NCBI GenBank assembly: GCA_963674735.2
Contig: CAXXQS010000001.1
Coordinates: 896,001 to 960,000 of the forward strand
Length of the DNA: 64,000 nt
Direction of reading: 5' to 3'
Source: Myxococcota bacterium
GTDB lineage: Bacteria > Myxococcota_A > SURF-8
Shown: piece after piece, positions 29,317-39,254 of the stretch
How the letters are laid out: each line of letters starts with the position of its first letter
Position numbering within the stretch: the stretch's first letter is position 1
Program-made: the position numbers and the translations under genes
Notes under the pieces: model-generated
The model's input: only the letters and a program-made list of their open reading frames with translations
Database searches by the model: none
Told to the model about the DNA's origin: nothing

Positions 29317-31470
29317 TTACTCTCCGCGTAGACGCTCCGTAATTTCGTTGCGCAATGTTGCCTCCCTTGCAAATACAAACAAGCGCACCGGAATTTCATT
29401 CGATACAGGAATCGCGTTCAGAAGGATACGGCGACCGTCCATAGCAACTGGATAGGGAATGTCATCCACGCGATCCGGGAAAACCTCGAACACGTCATTC
29501 ACAGCCATATCGTCCTGTATGGTAACGGACACGCTTATTGTGCGTTCCGTCAAGATCCAGTGGGGTTCATCCTCTAATTGACCGAGTCCATATAACAAGC
29601 AATCTTGATCGGTAGGAGTCGTGTTGGCTGCCAGTGTTATGACAGGGACGATCAAGGCTTCCGGGCTGCGAATCGCTTCCACTATCGTATCATCATCGCT
29701 TGACGCTAATCCGGTCACATCGCCTTCGCGTAGTAACGGGCGGACGCCGCGTATCATCCAGTTGACATCCGACATGGCCTGCCATGTATCAGGGAATTCT
29801 TCAGCCAATTCCGTTCCAGCCTGGAACCACATCAAGCCCTTGCCTCCTGCTGCTACAACTTCAAATCCTTGAACGAGAATCTCCTGTGGGTCGGGATTGA
29901 TCGTCCAGCCGCCAAGTCCTTGCGAGTATAGCCATGTCGGCCAAGGCATGTGGTTGTTGCGTGCGTTTCGTAAATAGTCAAACGGTGCACGTAACGGGGG
30001 ATGATCACCGAAAGCCAGAATATGCGGCGCGCAGCCTGCCGCGTAGATATCAATCCCCTGGATATCGGTCATACCAGCAAATGCGCCAATATGCTTGTTG
30101 GTCATCGCGCCATTGTAGGTGAGCAATTCCGGGTAAGCACGCCAGACTTTCCGTGCTCGGGTGGCTTTATTTTCGGGTTTGGGGCCACCCTCATCTGTCG
30201 TGTAAGACCAGTCGGATTCATCACCGGTCAAGATCCCCGCAATGGCCGATGTATCAGTTAAGATCTCTAGTGGAGGATTGTCAAACGGGAAGTCGTCACC
30301 AAGCAAGACGTGAACATCACCGCGAGCAGGCAAGGTGTCGTTGAACATGCTCGCGTTGTCATAGTCACAACGGTCACCACCGTTCCAATAGTGGTAGAAG
30401 GTATCAATTGCGCCAGCAAGGAAGAAATCAGTGGCGGTATCATTGACTCCCGGAAGTGCACAATCGCCACCTTTCTGCCAGGCTTCGATTGGGAAAAACG
30501 GATTCAAGTGGCGTCCCACAGCCGCTACCGGAGATTGATTTTCAGCGTTGATAACGACAGTCCATGCGCTACCCGACACCGGAGCTTCACACAAGGGCGC
30601 CGACCACAGCGCGTGTTCTCCAGGCTTCAGCGTTTGTGAAGGAATGCAGATGGCATGCTCTTCCACGAGGTTCACGCCATTGTAAAATACGCGGGAAATA
30701 GTCAGCGCTTCGTCACCAGTGTTGGTAACATGAATTAGCAAGGTATCGCGGGCATCGTTGACGGTCACGTAGCCGATACTGATTGGTCGAACACGAACCT
30801 CAAACTCACCATTTACAGCGATACCGTTATCGGTTTCAATACGGATGTGACCGCTCTCCGCGCTATCCCACGAACTGTTTCTGGAATGAAACGCAAACCA
30901 GACGGGCTTTCCGGCTTCAACCTGTTCGGGCCACACATGCTGCCAGTCCATCGAGAGTTCTGTCAACAGATCAGCCACCGGTGTATCATTGATGAAAACA
31001 CCGGTTACCGTGCCGTCGGTCTGACTGATCGCCGCGATATGAAAACGTCCGCCATCCACGGGATCGTCAAGAGGCTCGCTGTATTGCTCGCTGGGTAAGA
31101 AATAGTCTTTGCGGTAGGATGCATAAATACCGTTGTCGACAGTCACCGTTCCACAGGATGACTGGATCGACCCGCAGGCGACCAGAGCGGATATGGGTTC
31201 AAAGCCGCCTGTTCCTTCTTCATATTCAAAATCATCGGCTTCTGTTTCAGCCCATTCTTTCTCCTCGTCAAGATCGACGTCCACATCTCCATCCACCATA
31301 TCCCCATCGGTTTCAGTGCTGTCGACATCATCTCCATCAGCCAGTTCTGTTTCAGTCGTGTCACCATCCTCAATATCGCCATCCAAGGCGTCACTATTGG
31401 ATGAACATCCTGATAAGATTAGCAGCGATACGGCTAGCATCAAGATGGATATTAGGCTCTTTTCAGTCAT
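29317..31470 (-). CDS. Secreted lipoprotein of unknown function (possible glycoside-hydrolase-like fold)
   Basis: Lipobox LSGC and a DGD-rich linker. The GDESD, IDIY and GLMWF motifs only suggest a TIM barrel. Confidence 0.65.
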   Translation of the reverse strand: MTEKSLISILMLAVSLLILSGCSSNSDALDGDIEDGDTTETELADGDDVDSTETDGDMVDGDVDVDLDEEKEWAETEADDFEYEEGTGGFEPISALVACGSIQSSCGTVTVDNGIYASYRKDYFLPSEQYSEPLDDPVDGGRFHIAAISQTDGTVTGVFINDTPVADLLTELSMDWQHVWPEQVEAGKPVWFAFHSRNSSWDSAESGHIRIETDNGIAVNGEFEVRVRPISIGYVTVNDARDTLLIHVTNTGDEALTISRVFYNGVNLVEEHAICIPSQTLKPGEHALWSAPLCEAPVSGSAWTVVINAENQSPVAAVGRHLNPFFPIEAWQKGGDCALPGVNDTATDFFLAGAIDTFYHYWNGGDRCDYDNASMFNDTLPARGDVHVLLGDDFPFDNPPLEILTDTSAIAGILTGDESDWSYTTDEGGPKPENKATRARKVWRAYPELLTYNGAMTNKHIGAFAGMTDIQGIDIYAAGCAPHILAFGDHPPLRAPFDYLRNARNNHMPWPTWLYSQGLGGWTINPDPQEILVQGFEVVAAGGKGLMWFQAGTELAEEFPDTWQAMSDVNWMIRGVRPLLREGDVTGLASSDDDTIVEAIRSPEALIVPVITLAANTTPTDQDCLLYGLGQLEDEPHWILTERTISVSVTIQDDMAVNDVFEVFPDRVDDIPYPVAMDGRRILLNAIPVSNEIPVRLFVFAREATLRNEITERLRGE

Positions 31471-31492
31471 GGTATCTCCTCAATATCATGGT

Positions 31493-32308
31493 TCACTCCA
31501 ATGAGGACAATAGCTGAACCAGCGGATCGTCGTCAGTTGTCAGGGTTGAGCGAAATCTTTCGGCATAATCATAATCGCTTTCCTGGGCGGCCAATTGTGC
31601 TGCGCCAAGAATTAGCGCTTTCCAGTAGTCTGCATAGTCTTCCATGCTCCGGTTTTTAATAAATGACAGCTCAAACCCGGCAGCAGCCAACCGTTGCTTC
31701 TGATCCATCATTACCGTACCAAGCATATTCTTGTGTTTAAGCGCCGCTCGGATCTTTTTCTCTATAACTCGATCAATATTCACGATCGTTTCGCCATGAA
31801 CGAAATGGCGAGTGAAATAATATTGCCCTAGCGGTGTATGCGGCTCCAGTCGCTGCTCCATGTGCTCCGGGTGAAAGTTAGGATAGCCCGATGCCCAGCT
31901 TGCATCAGCTGCGGCCTTTGCGACAACGGCATGATCTGGATTTTCGTCATCCGTTGTTGTCGGGTCAAAACTTAGAATGATCTCTGGTTTGAATTTGCGG
32001 ATCTGGCGGATCAACTTTTCCCGTAGCTCGCCATACGGAACATCCATCAATTCACAATCCCGGTACCCTAAATCACAGATTTCCTGTACACCAAGCTCTT
32101 GCATGGCATTTTGAAATTCATTTCGATTGATGGTAACCGTCTCATCGGCAGAATGGAGGAAGGAGTCTTTCTCATCTTGTGTCACACGCACGACGAGGAT
32201 ATGACAACCTTGTTCTACCCATAAGGCAAGCGTCCCACCGGCAAACAGGGTAATATCATCCGCGTGGGGAGTGACCGCCAAGGCACGTTTTGGAAGAAAA
32301 GCAGACAT
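31493..32308 (-). CDS. PIG-L/LmbE family deacetylase
   Basis: PHADD, IRKFKPEII and PDH motifs. Confidence 0.9.
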   Translation of the reverse strand: MSAFLPKRALAVTPHADDITLFAGGTLALWVEQGCHILVVRVTQDEKDSFLHSADETVTINRNEFQNAMQELGVQEICDLGYRDCELMDVPYGELREKLIRQIRKFKPEIILSFDPTTTDDENPDHAVVAKAAADASWASGYPNFHPEHMEQRLEPHTPLGQYYFTRHFVHGETIVNIDRVIEKKIRAALKHKNMLGTVMMDQKQRLAAAGFELSFIKNRSMEDYADYWKALILGAAQLAAQESDYDYAERFRSTLTTDDDPLVQLLSSLE

Positions 32309-32317
32309 GGTGTCCTT

Positions 32318-34000
32318 TCAATTAAGGTCGTCCCAGTTTATCGGAGTGTAAGGTGCACTCGCATTGTCCACTACGGCTTGCTTGAATGCTGGATGAGCGG
32401 AGAAATTATCACTGTCGAGCGCCTGGAAGTCCGCTTTGATTTTATCGAAACCTGCATCCTTTACATCGATTCGATAGCCAGGGTTTTCGGAAGGATGATA
32501 AAGTCCCCAGGTGCTGGTGTCGGTATAATATTTCCATGTCCAAAACCCCCAGTGAATACCTCTTTCGTTCAGTCTTTCCAGTACGAGATCCATCCCTTCC
32601 GCCGATACATCCGTATGTCCGTCATTTCCATCAGCCGCATTGAATTCGCCCAGGTATATCGGACATTCAAAGCGCTCAAAGGCGCGTCCGAATTCCATCA
32701 GATCACGATCAATGTTGTTCAGATATTCTTGAGCCGTATCCCCACCTGGATAAAGGTGAAGGGAAAACATTGCGTTCTGCCAGCCCATTTCTTTGGGCGA
32801 ACGGAGACTGGAAAGCGATTTGTATCCCTCTTCGATCATGATGATATGATTGGAGTCAACTTCGCGAATGGCTTGATAAATTCCGTTATGCACACTGGCA
32901 TACGTTTCGACATTCGGCGACGCCATCGGTTCGTTCATCAGATTGAGTATGGCGATGTGCGGTTCGTCTGCGAAGTAAGTGGCGATTGCTTTCCAGAGCC
33001 GGGTGGTTTTATCGATGCAGTCTTGATTGGTCCAGAGAAAACCACCGTTTTCCAAGCCCTGGTGCCATGAGGTGCTTTGGCCGCCCGGTGTGCCATGCAT
33101 ATCGAGCATTAAATACACCCGATGCTTACGCGCCCACCCTACCAAGCGATCCAGGCGTTCCCAACCATCCGGCTTGAATGCGTTCTCACCTTCTTCATCG
33201 GTTTCGAGCGCCTCGTACCATATTGGAACACGGATCAGATTCAAACCCAGTTCCGCAACCCGTTGCACATCCAGTTCGGTGATGTAGTTGTCCTGGAACG
33301 TCCGACGCAATTCCAGGTAGTCGGCTTTGCCGAAACGAGCATCCAGGTGTTTCCACAAGGAGCGTTCCTCGTAAATCCAAGGCTCGGATTCGAACCAGGC
33401 CCAGAACTGATCCAAGCCGGGAAGGTCCTGCTCAGTTGCAATTTCATAGGTGTACGGCTTCCACTCCTGCATTAAACCCCAATGGGATTGAGACTCGATC
33501 AACCAATCAAATGCCGTCTGGTCGCGGGCGTTTTGAACCAATTCCGCTACGCCGTACTCCTCGGCCTTGATTGGAATCAGCTTGAGAAAATCCCACTCAA
33601 ACAGTAAGCCAACACCAGAGAGCCATGTTTCCATCATCATCCAGCTTCCGAAATTCACACCGCGCAGCATGATATTATTATCATCCTCATCAACAATGTC
33701 TGTTCCATCCACATGCAAAAACGGAAGTGTCGCAACTTCAGTTGGTGCTGGACGCACCGGAAAAGCCTGCGTGTTCGGCTGGCAATCCGCCCACTTTGTA
33801 TGATCGAGCGTGGCCTCCTCAAGATCGCCTTCGCCCACATCGTCGGAATCCCCATTGTTCTCAGCATCCGTTTCAAGGTCGCCATCGGGAACGTCCATGT
33901 CACCATCTGCCACCTGATCCTGACTGGTTGTGTTACATGCCGGTAACAGGAGGATCGTAAAAATAAACAGCCATGTCCAAAATACCGGAATTGCTCTCAT
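32318..34000 (-). CDS. GH5 family glycoside hydrolase lipoprotein
   Basis: LRGVNFGSW, GLNLIRVP, LDMHGTPG, acid/base MNEP and nucleophile LGEF motifs. Confidence 0.9.
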   Translation of the reverse strand: MRAIPVFWTWLFIFTILLLPACNTTSQDQVADGDMDVPDGDLETDAENNGDSDDVGEGDLEEATLDHTKWADCQPNTQAFPVRPAPTEVATLPFLHVDGTDIVDEDDNNIMLRGVNFGSWMMMETWLSGVGLLFEWDFLKLIPIKAEEYGVAELVQNARDQTAFDWLIESQSHWGLMQEWKPYTYEIATEQDLPGLDQFWAWFESEPWIYEERSLWKHLDARFGKADYLELRRTFQDNYITELDVQRVAELGLNLIRVPIWYEALETDEEGENAFKPDGWERLDRLVGWARKHRVYLMLDMHGTPGGQSTSWHQGLENGGFLWTNQDCIDKTTRLWKAIATYFADEPHIAILNLMNEPMASPNVETYASVHNGIYQAIREVDSNHIIMIEEGYKSLSSLRSPKEMGWQNAMFSLHLYPGGDTAQEYLNNIDRDLMEFGRAFERFECPIYLGEFNAADGNDGHTDVSAEGMDLVLERLNERGIHWGFWTWKYYTDTSTWGLYHPSENPGYRIDVKDAGFDKIKADFQALDSDNFSAHPAFKQAVVDNASAPYTPINWDDLN

Positions 34001-34012
34001 GTCATCATTCCT

Positions 34013-36301
34013 TTATTCTTCATTCGTGCTATGGACGGATTCACAAACGAACTCTGAAATATCAAAACCCCAGGCAAGCGGAGATTCTTGCCGCATTCCT
34101 ACAAGAACAGTCCGGTAATGCCCGCTATGGCTCGGTTGCCATTCCACAATGCTGTCGCCTGCATCCGCATCGGCTAAGCCAAACACAAAGAATTCGACCT
34201 CATCTTCACTTGGCGACCAGGTCCACTTCTCGTGTGTTACGCAGGTCTGCTCGGGCTGTGAAAACGATAAGGTTGTCACGTTTTGATCCGCTACGCGTAA
34301 GGCTCTTACAGCATCAAGCAACTTGGCAACCTTACCACTGCTAAACACAAAGCGATTCTCTATGCTATGTTCGCGAGCGTCTTCAGCCTTCAGCAGAGAG
34401 TCGTTACCTGATTCACCGCCCTGTTTTTCTGCCAAGGCCCGAAGAGCCCACAATCCCATTTCTCCTTCGTATTGGATCTTGAAAAGCGGGAAAGCCAGTT
34501 CATCAACCATGTCAGGCGCCAAGGCACTATGGTGAACTTCAGATCGGATTGCTGCCATGCGCCCGAACAGTGGCAAGAGGTCGAAAACCTCATCAAGATC
34601 CTGATCCGAATCGCTTTTCAATTTCTGAATTAGAGAATCGATTGCCGCTTCCAGTTTACGATGCCCTGTGTCTTCCTGCGCGTGACCATCAAAGAGTTCC
34701 ATGATGAAGCGAAGGGTGTCGATGTCGTTTTCATTGGAGTCATTTGGTCTGATCCCGCTTTGTCCTTCCCAATCAGACGCCATGTCACGCCCTTTTGGTG
34801 GTTCGTATTGTCCCGGAGCCTGCATAAACGTTGCAAAGCTTCCGAGACTCAAACGCGATAGCCCACCCTGAATGGAAGTGTTGTGCATGATGCCGGATAC
34901 TGCGGGTATCAGCGTCTCGTCCCGCCCGGAGAACGCGCCAAGCAGGATGCGTCCGGTAAAACCATCCCCACCATCATTCGCCCAGAAGTTGTCCCAGATC
35001 ACGGGCTTGTGACCAGTGGTATCCACGAATTCATCGAGGTCGGAGCCTGTCATGGTCAGGTTCGAGGTGCCCGGTCCCGTCCACATGATGGAAATGCCTT
35101 CGTCAAGATCCTGCAATGCATTCAGATAGTCGATGCCGTCCTCAAACATTCCGATGCGTTCGTCGCTATAAACCGTAGGAACGAACATCATTGTGATCGT
35201 CGGATTTAATATTTGCAGGTGAGCGAACAAGCGATTAGCAACCGAAACATGAATCGCGGCCATCTCCGCATCCACGGGATGCTCTGTATCGAATTCGATA
35301 TCATCCGCCAACAAGGCGATTCCACCGGCTCCCAGTTGGGTGAATTCGGTAGCCTTGTTCTTCAGAGTTTCATAATCCTCATCTTGAGACGCATCGAAAT
35401 CGATAAAAGGACTGATGCCGAAAAGGAAGGTGATCCGGGATGCCTCACTGTATTCAAACAAGTTCTGGAACCGGCTCTTTTCCGTTTCGGTGTAGGGTTC
35501 GCGCCAATTCCTACGATGCTTGTCGTCCCATTTCGGACAATACAGGTAAGTCCCAAGGCCGGTTTCAGCCATCCGCTCAATCATGGCATAGCGTTCGCCC
35601 CACGACCACGGAACACCATAGAAACCTTCAATCACACCGGATTGGGGAAATAAGGGACCAACAGTGTCTATTGGAACGTCCGGTTCAGACGGAATTGAGA
35701 ACTCAGGCACCCATGCATTGAGTGTCAAACGGCTCAACGAAACCGGCCCCTGGGTTTGAAACTGAAGTTGTATACATCCCGCACTGAAACCTGTGAGATC
35801 GTGATTCTCCCGAGCGTCCTCCCAAATCAAACTCTGCTTAACCTGGCCCTGACAGGCTTCTAAGAGGCTCAACGTAAGTTTAACAATTTCCCCTTCTACG
35901 GACATTGAAACGATGTCGAGGTCAACCTGCTCGTGAAGCCACGGCTGTAAATCGACTGTAAGAGTCGTCTCGCTGTTCTCTGGAATCTTCCAGGAAGTCT
36001 CGGGATTGTCGTCGCGAATGGTCGCGATGGCGTCCTGGCTTTCAACCGGCCATGGAAAGAAGTCTCGTTTCGTATCACTCGCCTCAAGGCGGCTGAAAGG
36101 AATGATGTCGATCAGAAACCGACTAGATCCGTCTTTCTCTAGGTCTGATTCTTCGTTATCTCCCTCAATGTGGTCGAGGTCGGAATCGCCATCAAATATG
36201 GGTGAATTCTGGGATTCACCAGCGTTGCAAGCTACCAACACCAAGCTAACCAAAGCGTAAAAGATGATGGCTAACCAATGCTTGATTCCAGTGAAAACCA
36301 C
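34013..36301 (-). CDS. GH84 beta-N-acetylglucosaminidase/O-GlcNAcase family lipoprotein
   Basis: GVIEGFYGVPWS, YLYCPK.D.KHR..WREPY, catalytic DD (LADDI), WTG and WDN..AND motifs. Confidence 0.9.
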   Translation of the reverse strand: MVFTGIKHWLAIIFYALVSLVLVACNAGESQNSPIFDGDSDLDHIEGDNEESDLEKDGSSRFLIDIIPFSRLEASDTKRDFFPWPVESQDAIATIRDDNPETSWKIPENSETTLTVDLQPWLHEQVDLDIVSMSVEGEIVKLTLSLLEACQGQVKQSLIWEDARENHDLTGFSAGCIQLQFQTQGPVSLSRLTLNAWVPEFSIPSEPDVPIDTVGPLFPQSGVIEGFYGVPWSWGERYAMIERMAETGLGTYLYCPKWDDKHRRNWREPYTETEKSRFQNLFEYSEASRITFLFGISPFIDFDASQDEDYETLKNKATEFTQLGAGGIALLADDIEFDTEHPVDAEMAAIHVSVANRLFAHLQILNPTITMMFVPTVYSDERIGMFEDGIDYLNALQDLDEGISIMWTGPGTSNLTMTGSDLDEFVDTTGHKPVIWDNFWANDGGDGFTGRILLGAFSGRDETLIPAVSGIMHNTSIQGGLSRLSLGSFATFMQAPGQYEPPKGRDMASDWEGQSGIRPNDSNENDIDTLRFIMELFDGHAQEDTGHRKLEAAIDSLIQKLKSDSDQDLDEVFDLLPLFGRMAAIRSEVHHSALAPDMVDELAFPLFKIQYEGEMGLWALRALAEKQGGESGNDSLLKAEDAREHSIENRFVFSSGKVAKLLDAVRALRVADQNVTTLSFSQPEQTCVTHEKWTWSPSEDEVEFFVFGLADADAGDSIVEWQPSHSGHYRTVLVGMRQESPLAWGFDISEFVCESVHSTNEE

Positions 36302-36318
36302 GATATGCTGACTCCTTC

Positions 36319-37335
36319 TTATAAAATCGATTTCAACTTGCCAAGTAAATCCTCGGCCCGACCGGCATCCATTCTTTCGTGATGATAAATACCGTAGGGT
36401 AGTTGCGTCTCTCGGCTCAAGTATTCAGGGAGCGCTACTAGCGTCTGGATGATTTCCTTTTCCGTAACGCCTATCTGTTCCGGTTTATACCTAACTTCGG
36501 CTTTATCCAGGAAGGACTTAATTGGAGTAACATCCTGCTCCTGGTATAGCGCCGTTATTAAAATCGCCAAGGCAATCAATTCGCCGTGAATGTACGAGCG
36601 GTGGGTGATCGATTCCAGGCAGTAGGCGAAGTAGTGCTCCGAACCTTCTTCCGGGCGACTGTTACCATGCTCCTCGCATAAAGCCACTTCACCGACATAT
36701 AATTCCGAAATCAGCTTCAATCCTTCGTCATCACATGCAAGGATGGCTTCGGGCCTGGCAAGCAGACAATCTAGAAGCTTTTGAGATGCTTGTGCTATTG
36801 ATTCATTATAGTTTTCTGCGACGGTATCGGCTGCCAGTTTCCAGTCATGCAGGGCCGTGAAGATGGAAAGAACATCGCCGACTCCTGCGCGATTCAAGCG
36901 CCTTGGTGAACGTTTCAGCAGGTGAAAATCGATCAGCAGTTTGGCAGGAAGAATCTGGCCGACATAACGGACGTGATGATCGACACGAACACCGACCGCG
37001 TTTGTGAAAGCGGCATCGACACTTATAATGGACGGCATCAGAATCAAAGAGAGTTCTTTCATCCATGCGGCCATTTTCGCCGCATCGCAGGCAGACCCTC
37101 CGCCAATGCCGAAAACCGTTGATACTTCCGGCATGGACTCGATTTGCGCCCTCAACGGACCCTCTTCCATGGAATCCGGGGAGCCTACAAATTCAGGAGA
37201 AAAAGGGAAATCGTTCTCCACCAAATCCCAGGCTTCGGGGGCACAATAGACCGCGCATTTATTGAAATAGCTCGGGTTCAGAGTTTTCAATAACCGTTCG
37301 CCGTATATCGGTAACGCCTGTCCTCTGTCTAACAT
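36319..37335 (-). CDS. Glycerol-1-phosphate dehydrogenase-like oxidoreductase
   Basis: GIGGGSACDAAK, SVDA, AGVGD, SRPEEGSEH and IHGE motifs. Confidence 0.85.
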   Translation of the reverse strand: MLDRGQALPIYGERLLKTLNPSYFNKCAVYCAPEAWDLVENDFPFSPEFVGSPDSMEEGPLRAQIESMPEVSTVFGIGGGSACDAAKMAAWMKELSLILMPSIISVDAAFTNAVGVRVDHHVRYVGQILPAKLLIDFHLLKRSPRRLNRAGVGDVLSIFTALHDWKLAADTVAENYNESIAQASQKLLDCLLARPEAILACDDEGLKLISELYVGEVALCEEHGNSRPEEGSEHYFAYCLESITHRSYIHGELIALAILITALYQEQDVTPIKSFLDKAEVRYKPEQIGVTEKEIIQTLVALPEYLSRETQLPYGIYHHERMDAGRAEDLLGKLKSIL

Positions 37336-37519
37336 ATTCTGTCCTTCACGTTGAACACATAACCTGCTATTATGTCGGCATCTGCCAATTGGCAGTTGCT
37401 GTCGTTTAATAGCATTATAATGACTTCTATTCAAATGTTATTTGAAAAAGCGACATGATTTGAAGGTAGGCAATGCGGATTGAATTGCATTGGAAACGGG
37501 GGACCTTCTTAGCCGCAGG

Positions 37520-37645
37520 CTACCGGAAGTACCAACACCAATGATCGCAATTGAAAAGGTCGGTTCACCAGGGTGGATGATGTCTAACTGACGGTGGAAT
37601 TTGATATTGATAGTCGTACGGTCCATGTCGTTTCTATCTATGGGG
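37520..37645 (-). pseudogene. Relic 5' fragment of a second ThiF/E1 gene
   Basis: DRNDMDRTTINIKFHRQLDIIHPGEPTFSIAIIGVGTSGS aligns with the N-terminus of the intact E1 (DRNNMDRTTLDTQFHRQLDIIHPDKLDFPITIIGAGASGS), then similarity stops. Confidence 0.88.
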
Positions 37646-37751
37646 TTTCCTTTCATTGTTTATCGTTATGTTATTGCACAGTTATTGTTGTCGCCAGTAT
37701 TGCCTCGTGGTATCTTTGCCTTACAGAATTCCAGGATGCAGGAGAGCATTC

Positions 37752-39212
37752 ATGTCGAGATGGTTTGTCATTACTGCCTCAGTTTTGTTTTCATTGGCAC
37801 TGTTAGCCTGTGGGAATGACTCAACTATCGGCTCTGCAGGCGATGACGATATTGTTCCGATCTATGATGGTGATTGGTCTGAAGCCGATTCGATCGATGT
37901 AGATGTTTTTTCTGATGGAGACTCTGAAGCGGATCTGGATAGCGAGAATATCGCACCCGACGGTGACCAACTGGATGGAGACGACGATCTATCTGACGGA
38001 GATGGGATCGACAGCGAGCAGGCGACCGATGGAGACGAGGAAACCGACGGAGATGTAGAACCAGACGACGATGCTGATACCGACACCGAACTATGCCCTG
38101 ACATGTGGGAAGGCCCGGCTCCGCCGGATTGTCGACAATGGGATTGTGAACTGCAACCTTGGCCGACCTGTTGGATCTGTGATCTTGTGGCAGATTTCAA
38201 CCAGAATGGTCTGTCCTGCAACTATTGCGACGATCAGTGCGAGTGTATCGAACCGCCCTGTTTGTGCCTGGACGGTGCTTGCGTTCCGGAAGAAGGAAGT
38301 GACGGTGATGGAGATGGATCGGAATTGGAATCCGATGATCCGGTAGACGGTGATTTCGAAATCGATGTGGATTTGAATGAGGGAGAGGGAGAAGGTACCG
38401 TTCATGCGGTGGAACGTATTGTCATCGCAGGCGATAGTTGGTCTTGTGGAATCGTCACCCCAACGCGAAGCATACTTGACGAACGTGGCTTTTCCGATGT
38501 TGAGATCACATTCTCGACCACCGCCGTTGCCGGATCAACAGCAGACGAATGGGTGAACAACCACGATAACAAATTACTGAAGCTTACCGCCGCATTGGAC
38601 GAGGAACCTCAAGCCGAACTACTAATGCTGGTCATCGGCGGCAACGATGTTAACGCCTCCATCTACAACGATGGTTTTGACGATATGTCGAATGGGCAAC
38701 GAAACGTGGTACTGGACAGTATCCGAGATGAAATTAGATCCATTGTCGATTTTGCTCGTCTCAATCGTCCCCATCTCAAAGTCGTTCTTGTTGGGTACGA
38801 CTATTTCCACTATCTCTTTCTCCAAGAATTCTACGGACTAGGGGATATGTTCCTGGACGAATACAACCTGGCATTCGTGGGATTGGGACTTCGAAAACTG
38901 GAGATTTCAAACCAGGTGACCAGTTGCTACTATGCCCATAATTATGGGGTGTTGCAGTATACTTTCGGCGACCGACCCCATCCGCCTTTCAACCTGCCAC
39001 TTTTCGAATACTCACCGGGGTACGTTCCTGCCCCAGGTGTTGCACCTGATTACACTCCCTTCCCAGGAGGGTTGTACCAGATCCCTTCGCCGCTGGACCA
39101 GATTCCAGATGGCATCCACCCCAGTGAAGAGGGGTTCACCGCCATCATGAATCATGTGTTTGACCAGGGGATGGAGAACGTATTGCTTGGGAACGACTGG
39201 GTTGCCCCCTAG
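37752..39212 (+). CDS. SGNH/GDSL hydrolase lipoprotein with a DGD-rich linker
   Basis: Lipobox LLAC; AGDSW, GGND and DGIHP blocks. Confidence 0.88.
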   Translation: MSRWFVITASVLFSLALLACGNDSTIGSAGDDDIVPIYDGDWSEADSIDVDVFSDGDSEADLDSENIAPDGDQLDGDDDLSDGDGIDSEQATDGDEETDGDVEPDDDADTDTELCPDMWEGPAPPDCRQWDCELQPWPTCWICDLVADFNQNGLSCNYCDDQCECIEPPCLCLDGACVPEEGSDGDGDGSELESDDPVDGDFEIDVDLNEGEGEGTVHAVERIVIAGDSWSCGIVTPTRSILDERGFSDVEITFSTTAVAGSTADEWVNNHDNKLLKLTAALDEEPQAELLMLVIGGNDVNASIYNDGFDDMSNGQRNVVLDSIRDEIRSIVDFARLNRPHLKVVLVGYDYFHYLFLQEFYGLGDMFLDEYNLAFVGLGLRKLEISNQVTSCYYAHNYGVLQYTFGDRPHPPFNLPLFEYSPGYVPAPGVAPDYTPFPGGLYQIPSPLDQIPDGIHPSEEGFTAIMNHVFDQGMENVLLGNDWVAP

Positions 39213-39220
39213 AGGGGCGG

Positions 39221-39254
39221 TGCGGATAGACTGGGGCAAGAGTTGCTGTTTCAT
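39221..39254 (-). pseudogene. Relic 5' end of a second DUF2958 gene
   Basis: MKQQLLPQSIR versus MKQKLLPQSIR at 23521 (27 of 34 nt identical by eye). Its ATG overlaps the JAB stop (TGATG). Confidence 0.75.
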
